Virus record (IMG/VR): IMGVR_UViG_3300049298_000011
Location: 1-46,019 of that record
Length of the DNA: 46,019 nucleotides
Origin: a virus
Lineage: Duplodnaviria > Caudoviricetes
Reading direction: 5' to 3' (one strand)
Shown piece by piece: positions 45,097 to 46,019 of this stretch. A model generated the notes under the pieces. It had not been told where the DNA came from. It made no database searches and saw only the letters and a program-made list of their open reading frames with translations. How positions within the stretch are numbered: the first letter of the stretch is position 1; each line of letters begins with the position of its first letter. Both the position numbers and the translations under genes were made by a program.

Positions 45097-45555
45097 ATGC
45101 AGGAGCGCATTTTCACCCTGAAAAAGGGTACCGAAGTTGCAGATCGTTTCGACGGCGTGACGGTTCCGTTTCAGGTTCCGGCCAACCTCGACGATATCAA
45201 GAAGGTCTGCAACGGCGATGAGAAGGTCATCGTGGCCGTTTTCAATCAGGCGCATGCATTGAACGTGCAGAAACACGTCAAGTCTGGCGCGATGGAAGCT
45301 GATGCGACGGTGGAATCGCTGCGAAAGGATGCCGCGGAGTTCAAGTATGGTCAGGTTCGGGTTCGGTCTGGTGCCGGTGGCGCAGCCCGTGTCAAGCCTG
45401 CCACGTTGGACGCGGCGCTCGGTGACGATTTCCTCAGCATGCTCACCCCGGAGCAGCGCAAGCTGTACGAGGCCAAGAAGGCCGCGCTGCAGCCCAAGGC
45501 CGCCACTCCGGCCACCCCGGCGACGAAGCCGGCCGCGACCGCCGCGAAGAAGTAG
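45097..45555 (+). CDS. Stand-alone hypothetical protein with A/K/P/T-rich tail
   Basis: AGGAG RBS at ATG 45097; own terminator; tail KAATPATPATKPAATAAKK. Confidence 0.75.
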   Translation: MQERIFTLKKGTEVADRFDGVTVPFQVPANLDDIKKVCNGDEKVIVAVFNQAHALNVQKHVKSGAMEADATVESLRKDAAEFKYGQVRVRSGAGGAARVKPATLDAALGDDFLSMLTPEQRKLYEAKKAALQPKAATPATPATKPAATAAKK

Positions 45556-45570
45556 CGGAATCAGCGCAAG

Positions 45571-45605
45571 AAAGGGTCTGGCCCGAAAGGGTCAGGCCTT
45601 TTTTT
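45571..45605 (+). terminator. Intrinsic terminator
   Basis: GGGTCTGGCCC-GAAA-GGGTCAGGCC followed by T7. Confidence 0.9.
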
Positions 45606-45648
45606 GTGCCAGTCGGCCAGGTTTTCTCCCCAGTTCCAACCCTGTTCA

Positions 45649-45701
45649 GTAATGTTTCAGCATAGGTAATTGACCTGAGGTGTAATGTTTCAGCATAGGT
45701 A
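45649..45701. repeat. 20-bp direct repeat, two copies
   Basis: GTAATGTTTCAGCATAGGTA at 45649-45668 and 45682-45701. Confidence 0.9.
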
Positions 45702-45707
45702 CTCGGG

Positions 45708-45728
45708 CTAATTACCCTGTGTAATTAG
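45708..45728. promoter_or_regulatory. Palindromic site copy 9 (extra half-site GTAATTAG at 45813-45820)
   Basis: CTAATTAC CCTGT GTAATTAG. Confidence 0.9.
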
Positions 45729-45892
45729 GGATGGCTCGAGTTCTAATGATCCATACATACATACAGCCATACATACACGTTTGCTAGGGGTATGACACAT
45801 ACACGGACTGGGGTAATTAGTGTCGCATGGGGGAGAAGTGGGAGTTGTTGGCTGGTTAGCGTAGTCTGATGTGTAGTATGTTAGTCTTATAT

Positions 45893-46019
45893 TTTTTTTT
45901 TTCTAACTACACACTACCCTCCTAAGCATACCTCTCACTCACACCCAGTCAGCCTCACACAGTCAGACTCACATACCATTCCATACATACACAGCCATAG
46001 TCACCCCAGCTCAAAACGT
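45893..46019. repeat. Terminal direct repeat, copy 2 (probably circular-assembly overlap)
   Basis: Identical to 1-127. Confidence 0.95.

Noticed and set aside
44623-45221. Short ORFs in the gap before the 45097 gene
   Set aside because: No convincing RBS, mutually overlapping on both strands, no motifs
2226-45728. Palindromes as CRISPR repeats, att sites or IS ends
   Set aside because: Dispersed kilobases apart with no spacers, target duplications, recombinase or transposase

Overview
A complete, circularly assembled genome (unit length about 45,892 bp; 127-bp end overlap) of an uncharacterised tailed dsDNA phage with podovirus-like architecture. The + strand (about 0.27-19.5 kb) carries about 30 small early genes and a replication module: Cas4-like exonuclease, GroES, Sak4-like ATPase, SSB-like protein, ParB-methyltransferase fusion, UDG-PolA fusion, DUF3987-type ATPase, HEXXH protein and MazG-like enzyme. 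The - strand (44.4-19.5 kb) carries a C5 methyltransferase, TerS, endolysin, TerL, holin-like genes, portal, scaffold, capsid, tail genes and three ejection-type proteins. The two arms meet at a bidirectional terminator. I recognised no integrase, RNA polymerase, primase, reverse transcriptase or CRISPR array. Main highlights: (1) a 1967-aa putative ejection protein containing an intact-looking GGDEF diguanylate cyclase domain without an I-site, plus a C-terminal HEXXH zincin motif; (2) nine copies of the palindrome CTAATTAC-N5-GTAATTAG around the genome, six of them coinciding with ribosome-binding sites; (3) a tRNA-like acceptor/T-arm mini-element; (4) a non-coding region symmetric about a poly-T run; (5) short PolA-like and terminase-like motif fragments in early proteins. 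All protein assignments come from recognising motifs and gene order by eye, not from database searches.
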